Source: Eledone cirrhosa | Lineage: Eukaryota | Length of the DNA stretch: 64,000 nt | Direction: 5' to 3' | NCBI GenBank assembly: GCA_964016885.1 | Contig: OZ024741.1 | Span: forward strand, 232,252,001-232,316,000 | In this document: positions 15,410 through 31,119 of the stretch, piece after piece | Numbering within the stretch: position 1 is the stretch's first letter | How the letters are laid out: each line of letters starts with the position of its first letter | Translations under genes and position numbers: made by a program | Notes under the pieces: generated by a model | The model's input: only the letters and a program-made list of their open reading frames with translations | Told to the model about the DNA's origin: nothing | Databases searched by the model: none

Positions 15410-18400
15410 CAATTGGATATTCTCTGTATAGTATCATGCCTTATCAGTTGGACATTTTCTGGATATTATCATACCTTATCAGTTGGATATTCTCTGTATA
15501 GTATCATACCTTATCAGTTGGATATTCTCTGGATAGTATCATACCTTATCAGTTCGATATTCTCTGGATAGTATCATACCTTATCAGTTGGATATTCTCT
15601 GGATAGTATCATACCTTATAAGTTGGATATTCCATGGATAGTATCATACCTTATCAGTTAGATATTCCATGGATAGTATCATACCTTATCAGTTAGATAT
15701 TCTCTGGATAGTATCATACCTTATCAGTTAGATATTCTCTGGATAGTATCATACCTTATCAGTTGGATATTATCTGGATAGTATCATACCTTATCAGTTA
15801 GATATTCTCTGGATAGTATCATACCTTATAAGTTGGATATTCTCTGTATAGTATCATACCTTATCAATTGGATATTCTCTGTATAGTATCATGCCTTATC
15901 AGTTGGACATTTTCTGGATATTATCATACCTTATCAGTTGGATATTCTCTGTATAGTATCATACCTTATCAGTTGGATATTCTCTGTATAGTATCATACC
16001 TTATCAATTGGTTATTCTCTGTATAGTATCATGCCTTATCAGTTGGATATTCTCTGTATAGTATCATACCTCATCAGTTAGATATTCTCTGGATAGTATC
16101 ATACCTTATCAGTTGGATATTCTCTGTATAGTATCATGACTTATCAGTTAGATATTCTCTGGATAGTATCATACCTTATCAGTTAGATATTCTCTGGATA
16201 GTATCATACCTTATCAGTTAGATATTTTCTGGATAGTATTATACTTTATCAGTTGGATATTCTCTGGATAGTATCATACCTTATCAGTTGGATATTATCT
16301 GGATAGTATCATACCTTATCAGTTAGATATTCTCTGGATAGTATCATACCTTATCAGTTGGATATTATCTGGATAGTATCATACCTTATCAGTTAGATAT
16401 TCTCTGGATAGTATCATACCTTATAAGTTGGATATTCTCTGTATAGTATCATACCTTATCAATTGGATATTCTCTGTATAGTATCATGCCTTATCAGTTG
16501 GACATTTTCTGGATAGTATCATACCTTATCAGTTGGATATTCTCTGTATAGTATCATACCTTATCAGTTAGATATTCTCTGTATAGTATCATACCTTATC
16601 AATTGGATATTCTCTGTATAGTATCATGCCTTATCAGTTGGACATTTTCTGGATAGTATCATACCCTATCAGTTGGATATTCTCTGTATAGTATCATACC
16701 TTATCAGTTGGATATTTTCTGTATAGTATCATACCTTATCAATTGGATATTCTCTGTATAGTATCATGCCTTATCAGTTGGACATTTTCTGGATAGTATC
16801 ATACCTTATCAGTTGGATATTCTCTGTATAGTATCATACCTTATCAGTTAGATATTCTCTGGATAGTATCATACCTTATCAGTTGGATATTCTCTGTATA
16901 GTATCATACCTTATCAGTTAGATATTCTCTGGATAGTATCATACCTTATCAGTTAGATATTCTCTGGATAGTATCATACCTTATCAGTTGGATATTCTCT
17001 GGATAGTATCATACCTTATCAGTTAGATATTCTCTGGATATTATGATACCTTATATGTTGGATATTCTCTGGATAGTATCATACCTTATCAGTTAGATAT
17101 TCTCTGGATAGTATCATACATTATCAGTTGGACATTTTCAGGATAGTATCATACCTTATCAGTTGGATATTCTCTGGATAGTATCATACCTTATCAGTTG
17201 GATATTCTCTGGATAGTATCATAACTTATCAGTTTGATATTCTCTTGATAGTATCATACCTTATCAGTTAGATATTCTCTGGATAGTATCATACCTTATC
17301 AGTTGGATATTCTCTGGATAGTATCATACCTTATCAGTTCGATATTCTCTGGATAGTATCATACCTTATCAGTTGGATATTCTCTGGATAGTATCATACC
17401 TTATAAGTTGGATATTCCATAGATAGTATCATACCTTATCAGTTAGATATTCCATGGATAGTATCATACCTTATCAGTTAGATATTCTCTGGATAGTATA
17501 ATACCTTATCAGTTAGATATTCTCTGGATAGTATCATACCTTATCAGTTGGATATTATCTGGACAGTATCATACCTTATCAGTTAGATATTCTCTGGATA
17601 GTATCATACCTTATAAGTTGGATATTCTCTGTATAGTATCATACCTTATCAATTGGATATTCTCTGTATAGTATCATGCCTTATCAGTTGGACATTTTCT
17701 GGATATTATCATACCTTATCAGTTGGATATTCTCTGTATAGTATCATACCTTATCAGTTGGATATTCTCTGTATAGTATCATACCTTATCAATTGGATAT
17801 TCTCTGTATAGTATCATGCCTTATCAGTTGGATATTCTCTGTATAGTATCATACCTCATCAGTTAGATATTCTCTGGATAGTATCATACCTTATCAGTTG
17901 GATATTCTCTGTATAGTATCATGACTTATCAGTTAGATATTCTCTGGATAGTATCATACCTTATCAGTTGGATATTCTCTGTATAGTATCATACCTTATC
18001 AGTTAGATATTTTCTGGATAGTATTATACTTTATCAGTTGGAGATTCTCTGGATAGTATCATACCTTATCAGTTGGATATTATCTGGATAGTATCATACC
18101 TTATCAGTTGGATATTCTCTGTATAGTATCATACCTTATCAGTTGGATATTCTCTGTATAGTATCATACCTTATCCGTTGGACATTTTCTGGATATTATC
18201 ATACCTTATCAGTTGGATATTCTCTGTATAGTATCATACCTTATCAGTTGGATATTCTCTGTATAGTATCATACCTTATCAATTGGTTATTCTCTGTATA
18301 GTATCATGCCTTATCAGTTGGATATTCTCTGTATAGTATCATACCTCATCAGTTAGATATTCTCTGGATAGTATCATACCTTATCAGTTGGATATTCTCT

Positions 18401-20380
18401 GTATAGTATCATGACTTATCAGTTAGATATTCTCTGGATAGTATCATACCTTATCAGTTAGATATTCTCTGGATAGTATCATACCTTATCAGTTAGATAT
18501 TTTCTGGATAGTATTATACTTTATCAGTTGGATATTCTCTGGATAGTATCATACCTTATCAGTTGGATATTATCTGGATAGTATCATACCTTATCAGTTA
18601 GATATTCTCTGGATAGTATCATACCTTATCAGTTGGATATTATCTGGATAGTATCATACCTTATCAGTTAGATATTCTCTGGATAGTATCATACCTTATA
18701 AGTTGGATATTCTCTGTATAGTATCATACCTTATCAATTGGATATTCTCTGTATAGTATCATGCCTTATCAGTTGGACATTTTCTGGATAGTATCATACC
18801 TTATCAGTTGGATATTCTCTGTATAGTATCATACCTTATCAGTTAGATATTCTCTGTATAGTATCATACCTTATCAATTGGATATTCTCTGTATAGTATC
18901 ATGCCTTATCAGTTGGACATTTTCTGGATAGTATCATACCCTATCAGTTGGATATTCTCTGTATAGTATCATACCTTATCAGTTGGATATTTTCTGTATA
19001 GTATCATACCTTATCAATTGGATATTCTCTGTATAGTATCATGCCTTATCAGTTGGACATTTTCTGGATAGTATCATACCTTATCAGTTGGATATTCTCT
19101 GTATAGTATCATACCTTATCAGTTAGATATTCTCTGGATAGTATCATACCTTATCAGTTGGATATTCTCTGTATAGTATCATACCTTATCAGTTAGATAT
19201 TCTCTGGATAGTATCATACCTTATCAGTTAGATATTCTCTGGATAGTATCATACCTTATCAGTTGGATATTCTCTGGATAGTATCATACCTTATCAGTTA
19301 GATATTCTCTGGATATTATGATACCTTATATGTTGGATATTCTCTGGATAGTATCATACCTTATCAGTTAGATATTCTCTGGATAGTATCATACATTATC
19401 AGTTGGACATTTTCAGGATAGTATCATACCTTATCAGTTGGATATTCTCTGGATAGTATCATACCTTATCAGTTGGATATTCTCTGGATAGTATCATAAC
19501 TTATCAGTTTGATATTCTCTTGATAGTATCATACCTTATCAGTTAGATATTCTCTGGATAGTATCATACCTTATCAGTTGGATATTCTCTGGATAGTATC
19601 ATACCTTATCAGTTCGATATTCTCTGGATAGTATCATACCTTATCAGTTGGATATTCTCTGGATAGTATCATACCTTATAAGTTGGATATTCCATAGATA
19701 GTATCATACCTTATCAGTTAGATATTCCATGGATAGTATCATACCTTATCAGTTAGATATTCTCTGGATAGTATAATACCTTATCAGTTAGATATTCTCT
19801 GGATAGTATCATACCTTATCAGTTGGATATTATCTGGACAGTATCATACCTTATCAGTTAGATATTCTCTGGATAGTATCATACCTTATAAGTTGGATAT
19901 TCTCTGTATAGTATCATACCTTATCAATTGGATATTCTCTGTATAGTATCATGCCTTATCAGTTGGACATTTTCTGGATATTATCATACCTTATCAGTTG
20001 GATATTCTCTGTATAGTATCATACCTTATCAGTTGGATATTCTCTGTATAGTATCATACCTTATCAATTGGATATTCTCTGTATAGTATCATGCCTTATC
20101 AGTTGGATATTCTCTGTATAGTATCATACCTCATCAGTTAGATATTCTCTGGATATTATCATACCTTATCAGTTGGATATTCTCTGTATAGTATCATGAC
20201 TTATCAGTTAGATATTCTCTGGATAGTATCATACCTTATCAGTTGGATATTCTCTGTATAGTATCATACCTTATCAGTTAGATATTTTCTGGATAGTATT
20301 ATACTTTATCAGTTGGAGATTCTCTGGATAGTATCATACCTTATCAGTTGGATATTATCTGGATAGTATCATACCTTATC
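6700..20380 (+). repeat. Four copies of a ~2.2 kb core block, spaced 172, 91 and 65 monomers apart
   Basis: AATTGGTTAT at 6801/12821/16006/18281; CCCTATC (variant C) at 7461/13481/16666/18941; TCCATAGATA at 8211/14231/17416/19691; AGTTGGAGAT at 8831/14851/18036/20311. The offsets are 6020, 3185 and 2275 for every marker. Confidence 0.9.
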
Positions 20381-23300
20381 AGTTGGATATTCTCTGTATA
20401 GTATCATACCTTATCAGTTGGATATTCTCTGTATAGTATCATACCTTATCCGTTGGACATTTTCTGGATAGTATCATACCTTATCAGTTGGATGTTCTCT
20501 GGATAGTATCATACCTTATCTGTTGGATATTCTCTGGATAGTATCATACCTTATCTGTTGGATATTCTCTGGATAGTATCATACCTTATCAGTTGGATAT
20601 TCTCTGTATAGTATCATACCTTATCAGTTAGATATTCTCTATATAGTATCATACCTTATCAGTTAGATATTTTCTGGATAGTATCATACCTTATCAGTTG
20701 GATATTCTCTGGATAGTATCATACCTTATCAGTTAGATATTCTCTGGATAGTATCATACCTTATCAGTTGGATATTATCTGGATAGTATCATACCTTATC
20801 AGTTAGATATTCTCTGGATAGTATCATACCTTATAAGTTGGATATTCTCTGTATAGTATCATACCTTATCAATTGGATATTCTCTGTATAGTATCATGCC
20901 TTATCAGTTGGACATTTTCTGGATATTATCATACCTTATCAGTTGGATATTCTCTGTATAGTATCATACCTTATCAGTTGGATATTCTCTGTATAGTATC
21001 ATACCTTATCAATTGGATATTCTCTGTATAGTATCATGCCTTATCGGTTGGATATTCTCTGTATAGTATCATACCTCATCAGTTAGATATTCTCTGGATA
21101 GTATCATACCTTATCAGTTGGATATTCTCTGTATAGTATCATGACTTATCAGCTAGATATTCTCTGGATAGTATCATACCTTATCAGTTGGATATTCTCT
21201 GTATAGTATCATACCTTATCAGTTAGATATTTTCTGGATAGTATTATACTTTATCAGTTGGATATTCTCTGGATAGTGTCATACCTTATCAGTTGGATAT
21301 TATCTGGATAGTATCATACCTTATCAGTTGGATATTCTCTGTATAGTATCATAACTTATCAGTTGGATATTCTCTGTATAGTATCATACCTTATCAGTCG
21401 GACATTTTCTGGATAGTATCATACCTTATCAGTTGGATATTCTCTGGATAGTATCATACCTTATCAGTTGGATATTCTCTGGATAGTATCATACGTTATC
21501 AGTTGGATATTCTCTGTATAGTATCATACCTTATCAGTTAGATATTCTCTGTATAGTATCATACCTTATCAGTTAGATATTTTCTGGATAGTATCATACC
21601 TTATCAGTTGGATATTCTTTCTATAGTATCATACCTTATCAGTTGGATATTCTCTGGATAGTATCATACCTTATCAGTTAGATATTTTCTGGATAGTATC
21701 ATACTTTATCAGTTGGATATTCTCTGGATAGTATCATACCTTACCAGTTGGTTATTATCTGGATAGTATCATACCTTATCAGTTGGATATTCTCTGTATA
21801 GTATCATACCTTATATGTTGGATATTCTCTGGATAGTATCATACCTTATCAGTTGGATATTCTCTGGATAGTATCATACCTTATCAGTTGGATATTCTCT
21901 GGATAGTATCATACCTTATCAGTTAGATATTTTCAGGATAGTATCATACCTTATCAGTTGGATATTCTCTGGATAGTATCATACCTTATCAGTTAGATAT
22001 TCTCTGGATATTATGATACCTTATATGTTGGATATTCTCTGGATAGTATCATACCTTATCAGTTAGATATTCTCTGGATAGTATCATACATTATCAGTTG
22101 GACATTTTCAGGATAGTATCATACCTTATCAGTTGGATATTCTCTGGATAGTATCATACCTTATCAGTTGGATATTCTCTGGATAGTATCATAACTTATC
22201 AGTTTGATATTCTCTGGATAGTATCATACCTTATCAGTTGGATATTGTCTGGATAGTATCATAACTTATCAGTTTGATATTCTCTTGATAGTATCATACC
22301 TTATCAGTTAGATATTCTCTGGATAGTATCATACCTTATCAGTTGGATATTCTCTGGATAGTATCATACCTTATCAGTTCGATATTCTGTGGATAGTATC
22401 ATACCTTATAAGTTGGATATTCCATGGATAGTATCATACCGTATCAGTTAGATATTCCATGGATAGTATCATACCTTATCAGTTAGATATTCTCTGGATA
22501 GTATCATACCTTATCAGTTGGATATTATCTGGATAGTATCATACCTTATCAGTTGGATATTCTCTGTATAGTATCATACCTTATCAATTGGATATTCTCT
22601 GTATAGTATCATGCCTTATCAGTTAGATATTTTCTGGATAGTATTATACTTTATCAGTTGGATATTCTCTGGATAGTATCATACCTTATCAGTTGGATAT
22701 TATCTGGATAGTATCATACCTTATCAGTTGGATATTCTCTGTATAGTATCATACCTTATCAGTTGGATATTCTCTGTATAGTATCATACCTTATCCGTTG
22801 GACATTTTCTGGATAGTATCATACCTTATCAGTTGGATATTCTCTGGATAGTATCATACCTTATCTGTTGGATATTCTCTGGATAGTATCATACCTTATC
22901 TGTTGGATATTCTCTGGATAGTATCATACCTTATCAGTTGGATATTCTCTGTATAGTATCATACCTTATCAGTTAGATATTCTCTATATAGTATCATACC
23001 TTATCAGTTAGATATTTTCTGGATAGTATCATACCTTATCAGTTGGATATTCTCTGGATAGTATCATACCTTATCAGTTAGATATTCTCTGTATAGTATC
23101 ATACCTTATCAGTTGGATATTATCTGGATAGTATCATACCTTATCAGTTAGATATTCTCTGGATAGTATCATACCTTATAAGTTGGATATTCTCTGTATA
23201 GTATCATACCTTATCGATTGGATATTCTCTGTATAGTATCATGCCTTATCAGTTGGACATTTTCTGGATATTATCATACCTTATCAGTTGGATATTCTCT

Positions 23301-26300
23301 GTATAGTATCATACCTTATCAGTTGGATATTCTCTGTATAGTATCATGACTGATCAGTTAGATATTCTCTGGATAGCATCATACCTTATCAGTTGGATAT
23401 TCTCTGTATAGTATCATACCTTATCAGTTAGATATTTTCTGGATAGTATTATACTTTATCAGTTGGATATTCTCTGGATAGTATCATACCTTATCAGTTG
23501 GATATTATCTGGATAGTATCATACCTTATCAGTTGGATATTCTCTGTATAGTATCATACCTTATCAGTTGGATATTCTCTGTATAGTATCATACCTTATC
23601 AGTTGGACATTTTCTGGATAGTATCATACCTTATCAGTTGGATATTCTCTGGATAGTATCATACCTTATCAGTTGGATATTCTCTGGATAGTATCATACG
23701 TTATCAGTTGGATATTCTCTGTATAGTATCATACCTTATCAGTTAGATATTCTCTGTATAGTATCATACCTTATCAGTTAGATATTTTCTGGATAGTATC
23801 ATACCTTATCAGTTGGATATTCTCTGTATAGTATCATACCTTATCAGTTGGATATTCTCTGGATAGTATCATACCTTATCAGTTAGATATTTTCTGGATA
23901 GTATCATACTTTATCAGTTGGATATTCTCTGGATAGTATCATACCTTATCAGTTGGTTATTATCTGGATAGTATCATACCTTATCAGTTGGATATTCTCT
24001 GTATAGTATCATACCTTATATGTTGGATATTCTCTGGATAGTATCATACCTTATCAGTTGGATATTCTCTGGATAGTATCATACCTTATCAGTTGGATAT
24101 TCTCTGGATAGTATCATACCTTATCAGTTAGATATTTTCAGGATAGTATCATACCTTATCAGTTGGATATTCTCTGGATAGTATCATACCTTATCAGTTA
24201 GATATTTTCAGGATAGTATCATACCTTATCAGTTGGATATTCTCTGGATAGTATCATACCTTATCAGTTCGATATTCTCTGGATAGTATTATACCTTATC
24301 AGTTGGATATTCTCTGTATAGTATCATACCTTATCAGTTGGATATTCTCTGTATAGTATCATACCTTATCAGTTAGATATTCTCTGGATAGTATCATACC
24401 TTATCAGTTAGATATTCTCTGGATAGTATCATACCTTATCAGTTAGATATTCTCTGGATAGTATCATACCTTATAAGTTGGATATTCCATGGATAGTATC
24501 ATACCTGATCAGTTAGATATTCCATGGATAGTATCATACCTTATCAGTTAGATATTCTCTGGATAGTATCATACCTTATCAGTTGGATATTCTCTGTATA
24601 GTATCATACCTTATCAGTTAGATATTTTCTGGATAGAATTATACTTTATCAGTTGGATATTCTCTGGATAGGATCATACCTTATCAGTTGGATATTATCT
24701 GGATAGTATCATACCTTATCATTTGGATATTCTCTGTATAGTATCATACCTTATCAGTTGGATATTCTCTGTATAGTATCATGACTTATCAGTTAGATAT
24801 TCTCTGGATATTATCATACCTTATCAGTTGGATATTCTCTGTATAGTATCATACCTTATCAGTTAGATATTTTCTGGATAGTATTATACTTTATCAGTTG
24901 GATATTCTCTGGATAGGATCATACCTTATCAGTTGGATATTATCTGGATAGTATCATACCTGATCAGTTGGATATTCTCTGTATAGTATCATACCTTATC
25001 AGTTGGATATTCACTGTATAGTATCATACCTTATCAGTTGGACATTTTCTGGATAGTATCATACCTTATCAGTTGGATATTCTCTGGATAGTATCATACC
25101 TTATCTGTTGGATATTCTCTGGATAGTATCATACCTTATCAGTTGGATATTCTCTGGATAGTATCATACCTTATCAGTTGGATATTCTCTGTATAGTATC
25201 ATACCTTATCAGTTGGATATTCTCTGTATAGTATCATACCTTATCCGTTGGACATTTTCTGGATAGTATCATACCTTATCAGTTGGATGTTCTCTGGATA
25301 GTATCATACCTTATCTGTTGGATATTCTCTGGATAGTGTCATACCTTATCTGTTGGATATTCTCTGGATAGTATCATACCTTATCAGTTGGCTATTCTCT
25401 GTATAGTATCATACCTTATCAGTTAGATATTCTCTATATAGTATCATACCTTATCAGTTAGATATTTTCTGGATAGTATCATACCTTATCAGTTGGATAT
25501 TCTCTGGATAGTATCATACCTTATCAGTTAGATATTCTCCGGATAGTATCATACCTTATCAGTTGGATATTATCTGGATAGTATCATACCTTATCAGTTA
25601 GATATTCTCTGGATAGTATCATACCTTATAAGTTGGATATTCTCTGTATAGTATCATACCTTATCAATTGGATATTCTCTGTATAGTATCATGCCTTATC
25701 AGTTGGACATTTTCTGGATATTATCATACCTTATCAGTTGGATATTCTCTGTATAGTATCATACCTTATCAGTTGGATATTCTCTGTATAGTATCATACC
25801 TTATCAATTGGATATTCTCTGTATAGTATCATGCCTTATCGGTTGGATATTCTCTGTATAGTATCATACCTCATCAGTTAGATATTCTCTGGATAGTATC
25901 ATACCTTATCAGTTGGATATTCTCTGTATAGTATCATGACTTATCAGCTAGATATTCTCTGGATAGTATCATACCTTATCAGTTGGATATTCTCTGTATA
26001 GTATCATACCTTATCAGTTAGATATTTTCTGGATAGTATTATACTTTATCAGTTGGATATTCTCTGGATAGTGTCATACCTTATCAGTTGGATATTATCT
26101 GGATAGTATCATACCTTATCAGTTGGATATTCTCTGTATAGTATCATACCTTATCAGTTGGATATTCTCTGTATAGTATCATACCTTATCAGTCGGACAT
26201 TTTCTGGATAGTATCATACCTTATCAGTTGGATATTCTCTGGATAGTATCATACCTTATCAGTTGGATATTCTCTGGATAGTATCATACGTTATCAGTTG

Positions 26301-29300
26301 GATATTCTCTGTATAGTATCATACCTTATCAGTTAGATATTCTCTGTATAGTATCATACCTTATCAGTTAGATATTTTCTGGATAGTATCATACCTTATC
26401 AGTTGGATATTCTTTCTATAGTATCATACCTTATCAGTTGGATATTCTCTGGATAGTATCATACCTTATCAGTTAGATATTTTCTGGATAGTATCATACT
26501 TTATCAGTTGGATATTCTCTGGATAGTATCATACCTTACCAGTTGGTTATTATCTGGATAGTATCATACCTTATCAGTTGGATATTCTCTGTATAGTATC
26601 ATACCTTATATGTTGGATATTCTCTGGATAGTATCATACCTTATCAGTTGGATATTCTCTGGATAGTATCATACCTTATCAGTTGGATATTCTCTGGATA
26701 GTATCATACCTTATCAGTTAGATATTTTCAGGATAGTATCATACCTTATCAGTTGGATATTCTCTGGATAGTATCATACCTTATCAGTTAGATATTCTCT
26801 GGATATTATGATACCTTATATGTTGGATATTCTCTGGATAGTATCATACCTTATCAGTTAGATATTCTCTGGATAGTATCATACATTATCAGTTGGACAT
26901 TTTCAGGATAGTATCATACCTTATCAGTTGGATATTCTCTGGATAGTATCATACCTTATCAGTTGGATATTCTCTGGATAGTATCATAACTTATCAGTTT
27001 GATATTCTCTGGATAGTATCATACCTTATCAGTTGGATATTCTCTGGATAGTATCATAACTTATCAGTTTGATATTCTCTTGATAGTATCATACCTTATC
27101 AGTTAGATATTCTCTGGATAGTATCATACCTTATCAGTTGGATATTCTCTGGATAGTATCATACCTTATCAGTTCGATATTCTCTGGATAGTATCATACC
27201 TTATAAGTTGGATATTCCATGGATAGTATCATACCGTATCAGTTAGATATTCCATGGATAGTATCATACCTTATCAGTTAGATATTCTCTGGATAGTATC
27301 ATACCTTATCAGTTGGATATTATCTGGATAGTATCATACCTTATCAGTTGGATATTCTCTGTATAGTATCATACCTTATCAGTTGGATATTCTCTGTATA
27401 GTATCATACCTTATCAATTGGATATTCTCTGTATAGTATCATGCCTTATCAGTTAGATATTTTCTGGATAGTATTATACTTTATCAGTTGGATATTCTCT
27501 GGATAGTATCATACCTTATCAGTTGGATATTATCTGGATAGTATCATACCTTATCAGTTGGATATTCTCTGTATAGTATCATACCTTATCAGTTGGATAT
27601 TCTCTGTATAGTATCATACCTTATCCGTTGGACATTTTCTGGATAGTATCATACCTTATCAGTTGGATATTCTCTGGATAGTATCATACCTTATCTGTTG
27701 GATATTCTCTGGATAGTATCATACCTTATCTGTTGGATATTCTCTGGATAGTATCATACCTTATCAGTTGGATATTCTCTGTATAGTATCATACCTTATC
27801 AGTTAGATATTCTCTATATAGTATCATACCTTATCAGTTAGATATTTTCTGGATAGTATCATACCTTATCAGTTGGATATTCTCTGGATAGTATCATACC
27901 TTATCAGTTAGATATTCTCTGTATAGTATCATACCTTATCAGTTGGATATTATCTGGATAGTATCATACCTTATCAGTTAGATATTCTCTGGATAGTATC
28001 ATACCTTATAAGTTGGATATTCTCTGTATAGTATCATACCTTATCGATTGGATATTCTCTGTATAGTATCATGCCTTATCAGTTGGACATTTTCTGGATA
28101 TTATCATACCTTATCAGTTGGATATTCTCTGTATAGTATCATACCTTATCAGTTGGATATTCTCTGTATAGTATCATGACTGATCAGTTAGATATTCTCT
28201 GGATAGCATCATACCTTATCAGTTGGATATTCTCTGTATAGTATCATACCTTATCAGTTAGATATTTTCTGGATAGTATTATACTTTATCAGTTGGATAT
28301 TCTCTGGATAGTATCATACCTTATCAGTTGGATATTATCTGGATAGTATCATACCTTATCAGTTGGATATTCTCTGTATAGTATCATACCTTATCAGTTG
28401 GATATTCTCTGTATAGTATCATACCTTATCAGTTGGACATTTTCTGGATAGTATCATACCTTATCAGTTGGATATTCTCTGGATAGTATCATACCTTATC
28501 AGTTGGATATTCTCTGGATAGTATCATACGTTATCAGTTGGATATTCTCTGTATAGTATCATACCTTATCAGTTAGATATTCTCTGTATAGTATCATACC
28601 TTATCAGTTAGATATTTTCTGGATAGTATCATACCTTATCAGTTGGATATTCTCTGTATAGTATCATACCTTATCAGTTGGATATTCTCTGGATAGTATC
28701 ATACCTTATCAGTTAGATATTTTCTGGATAGTATCATACTTTATCAGTTGGATATTCTCTGGATAGTATCATACCTTATCAGTTGGTTATTATCTGGATA
28801 GTATCATACCTTATCAGTTGGATATTCTCTGTATAGTATCATACCTTATATGTTGGATATTCTCTGGATAGTATCATACCTTATCAGTTGGATATTCTCT
28901 GGATAGTATCATACCTTATCAGTTGGATATTCTCTGGATAGTATCATACCTTATCAGTTAGATATTTTCAGGATAGTATCATACCTTATCAGTTGGATAT
29001 TCTCTGGATAGTATCATACCTTATCAGTTAGATATTTTCAGGATAGTATCATACCTTATCAGTTGGATATTCTCTGGATAGTATCATACCTTATCAGTTC
29101 GATATTCTCTGGATAGTATCATACCTTATCAGTTGGATATTCTCTGGATAGTATTATACCTTATCAGTTGGATATTCTCTGTATAGTATCATACCTTATC
29201 AGTTGGATATTCTCTGTATAGTATCATACCTTATCAGTTAGATATTCTCTGGATAGTATCATACCTTATCAGTTAGATATTCTCTGGATAGTATCATACC

Positions 29301-30075
29301 TTATCAGTTAGATATTCTCTGGATAGTATCATACCTTATAAGTTGGATATTCCATGGATAGTATCATACCTGATCAGTTAGATATTCCATGGATAGTATC
29401 ATACCTTATCAGTTAGATATTCTCTGGATAGTATCATACCTTATCAGTTGGATATTCTCTGTATAGTATCATACCTTATCAGTTAGATATTTTCTGGATA
29501 GAATTATACTTTATCAGTTGGATATTCTCTGGATAGGATCATACCTTATCAGTTGGATATTATCTGGATAGTATCATACCTTATCAGTTGGATATTCTCT
29601 GTATAGTATCATACCTTATCAGTTGGATATTCTCTGTATAGTATCATGACTTATCAGTTAGATATTCTCTGGATATTATCATACCTTATCAGTTGGATAT
29701 TCTCTGTATAGTATCATACCTTATCAGTTAGATATTTTCTGGATAGTATTATACTTTATCAGTTGGATATTCTCTGGATAGGATCATACCTTATCAGTTG
29801 GATATTATCTGGATAGTATCATACCTGATCAGTTGGATATTCTCTGTATAGTATCATACCTTATCAGTTGGATATTCACTGTATAGTATCATACCTTATC
29901 AGTTGGACATTTTCTGGATAGTATCATACCTTATCAGTTGGATATTCTCTGGATAGTATCATACCTTATCTGTTGGATATTCTCTGGATAGTATCATACC
30001 TTATCAGTTGGATATTCTCTGGATAGTATCATACCTTATCAGTTGGATATTCTCTGTATAGTATCATACCTTATC
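20360..30075 (+). repeat. Tandem duplication of ~4.8 kb (137-139 monomers)
   Basis: AGCTA 21151/25946 and TTACC 21741/26536 are at +4795, TTATCGATTG 23211/28041 at +4830, and TCACT 25011/29876 at +4865. Confidence 0.9.
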
Positions 30076-31119
30076 AGTTAGATATTCTCTATATAGTATC
30101 ATACCTTATCAGTTAGATATTTTCTGGATAGTATCATACCTTATCAGTTGGATATTCTTTGTATAGTATCATACCTTATCAGTTGGATATTCTCTGGATA
30201 GTATCATACCTTATCAGTTAGATATTTTCTGGATAGTATCATACTTTATCAGTTGGATATTCTCTGGATAGTATCATACCTTATCAGTTGGTTATTATCT
30301 GGATAGTATCATACCTTATCAGTTGGATATTCTCTGTATAGTATCATACCTTATATGTTGGATATTCTCTGGATAGTATCATACCTTATCAGTTGGATAT
30401 TCTCTGGATAGTATCATACCTTATCAGTTGGATATTCTCTGGATAGTATCATACCTTATCAGTTAGATATTTTCAGGATAGTATCATACCTTATCAGTTG
30501 GATATTCTCTGGATAGTATCATACCTTATCAGTTAGATATTCTCTGGATATTATGATACCTTATATGTTGGATATTCTCTTGATAGTATCATACCTTATC
30601 AGTTAGATATTCTCTGGATAGTATCATACCTTATCAGTTGGATATTCTCTGGATAGTATCATACCTTATCAGTTCGATATTCTCTGGATAGTATCATACC
30701 TTTTCAGTTGGATATTCTCTGGATAGTATCATACCTTATAAGTTGGATATTCCATGGATAGTATCATACCTTATCAGTTAGATATTCCATGGATAGTATC
30801 ATACCTTATCAGTTAGATATTCTCTGGATAGTATCATACCTTATCAGTTAGATATTCTCTGGATAGTATCATACCTTATCAGTTGGATATTATCTGGATA
30901 GTATCATACCTTATCAGTTGGATATTCTCTGTATAGTATCATACCTTATCAGTTGGATATTCTCTGTATAGTATCATACCTTTTCAATTGGATATTCTCT
31001 GTATAGTATCATGACTTATCAGTTGGATATTCTCTGTATAGTATCATACCTCATCAGTTAGATATTCTCTGGATAGTATCATACCTTATCAGTTGGATAT
31101 TCTCTGTATAGTATCATGA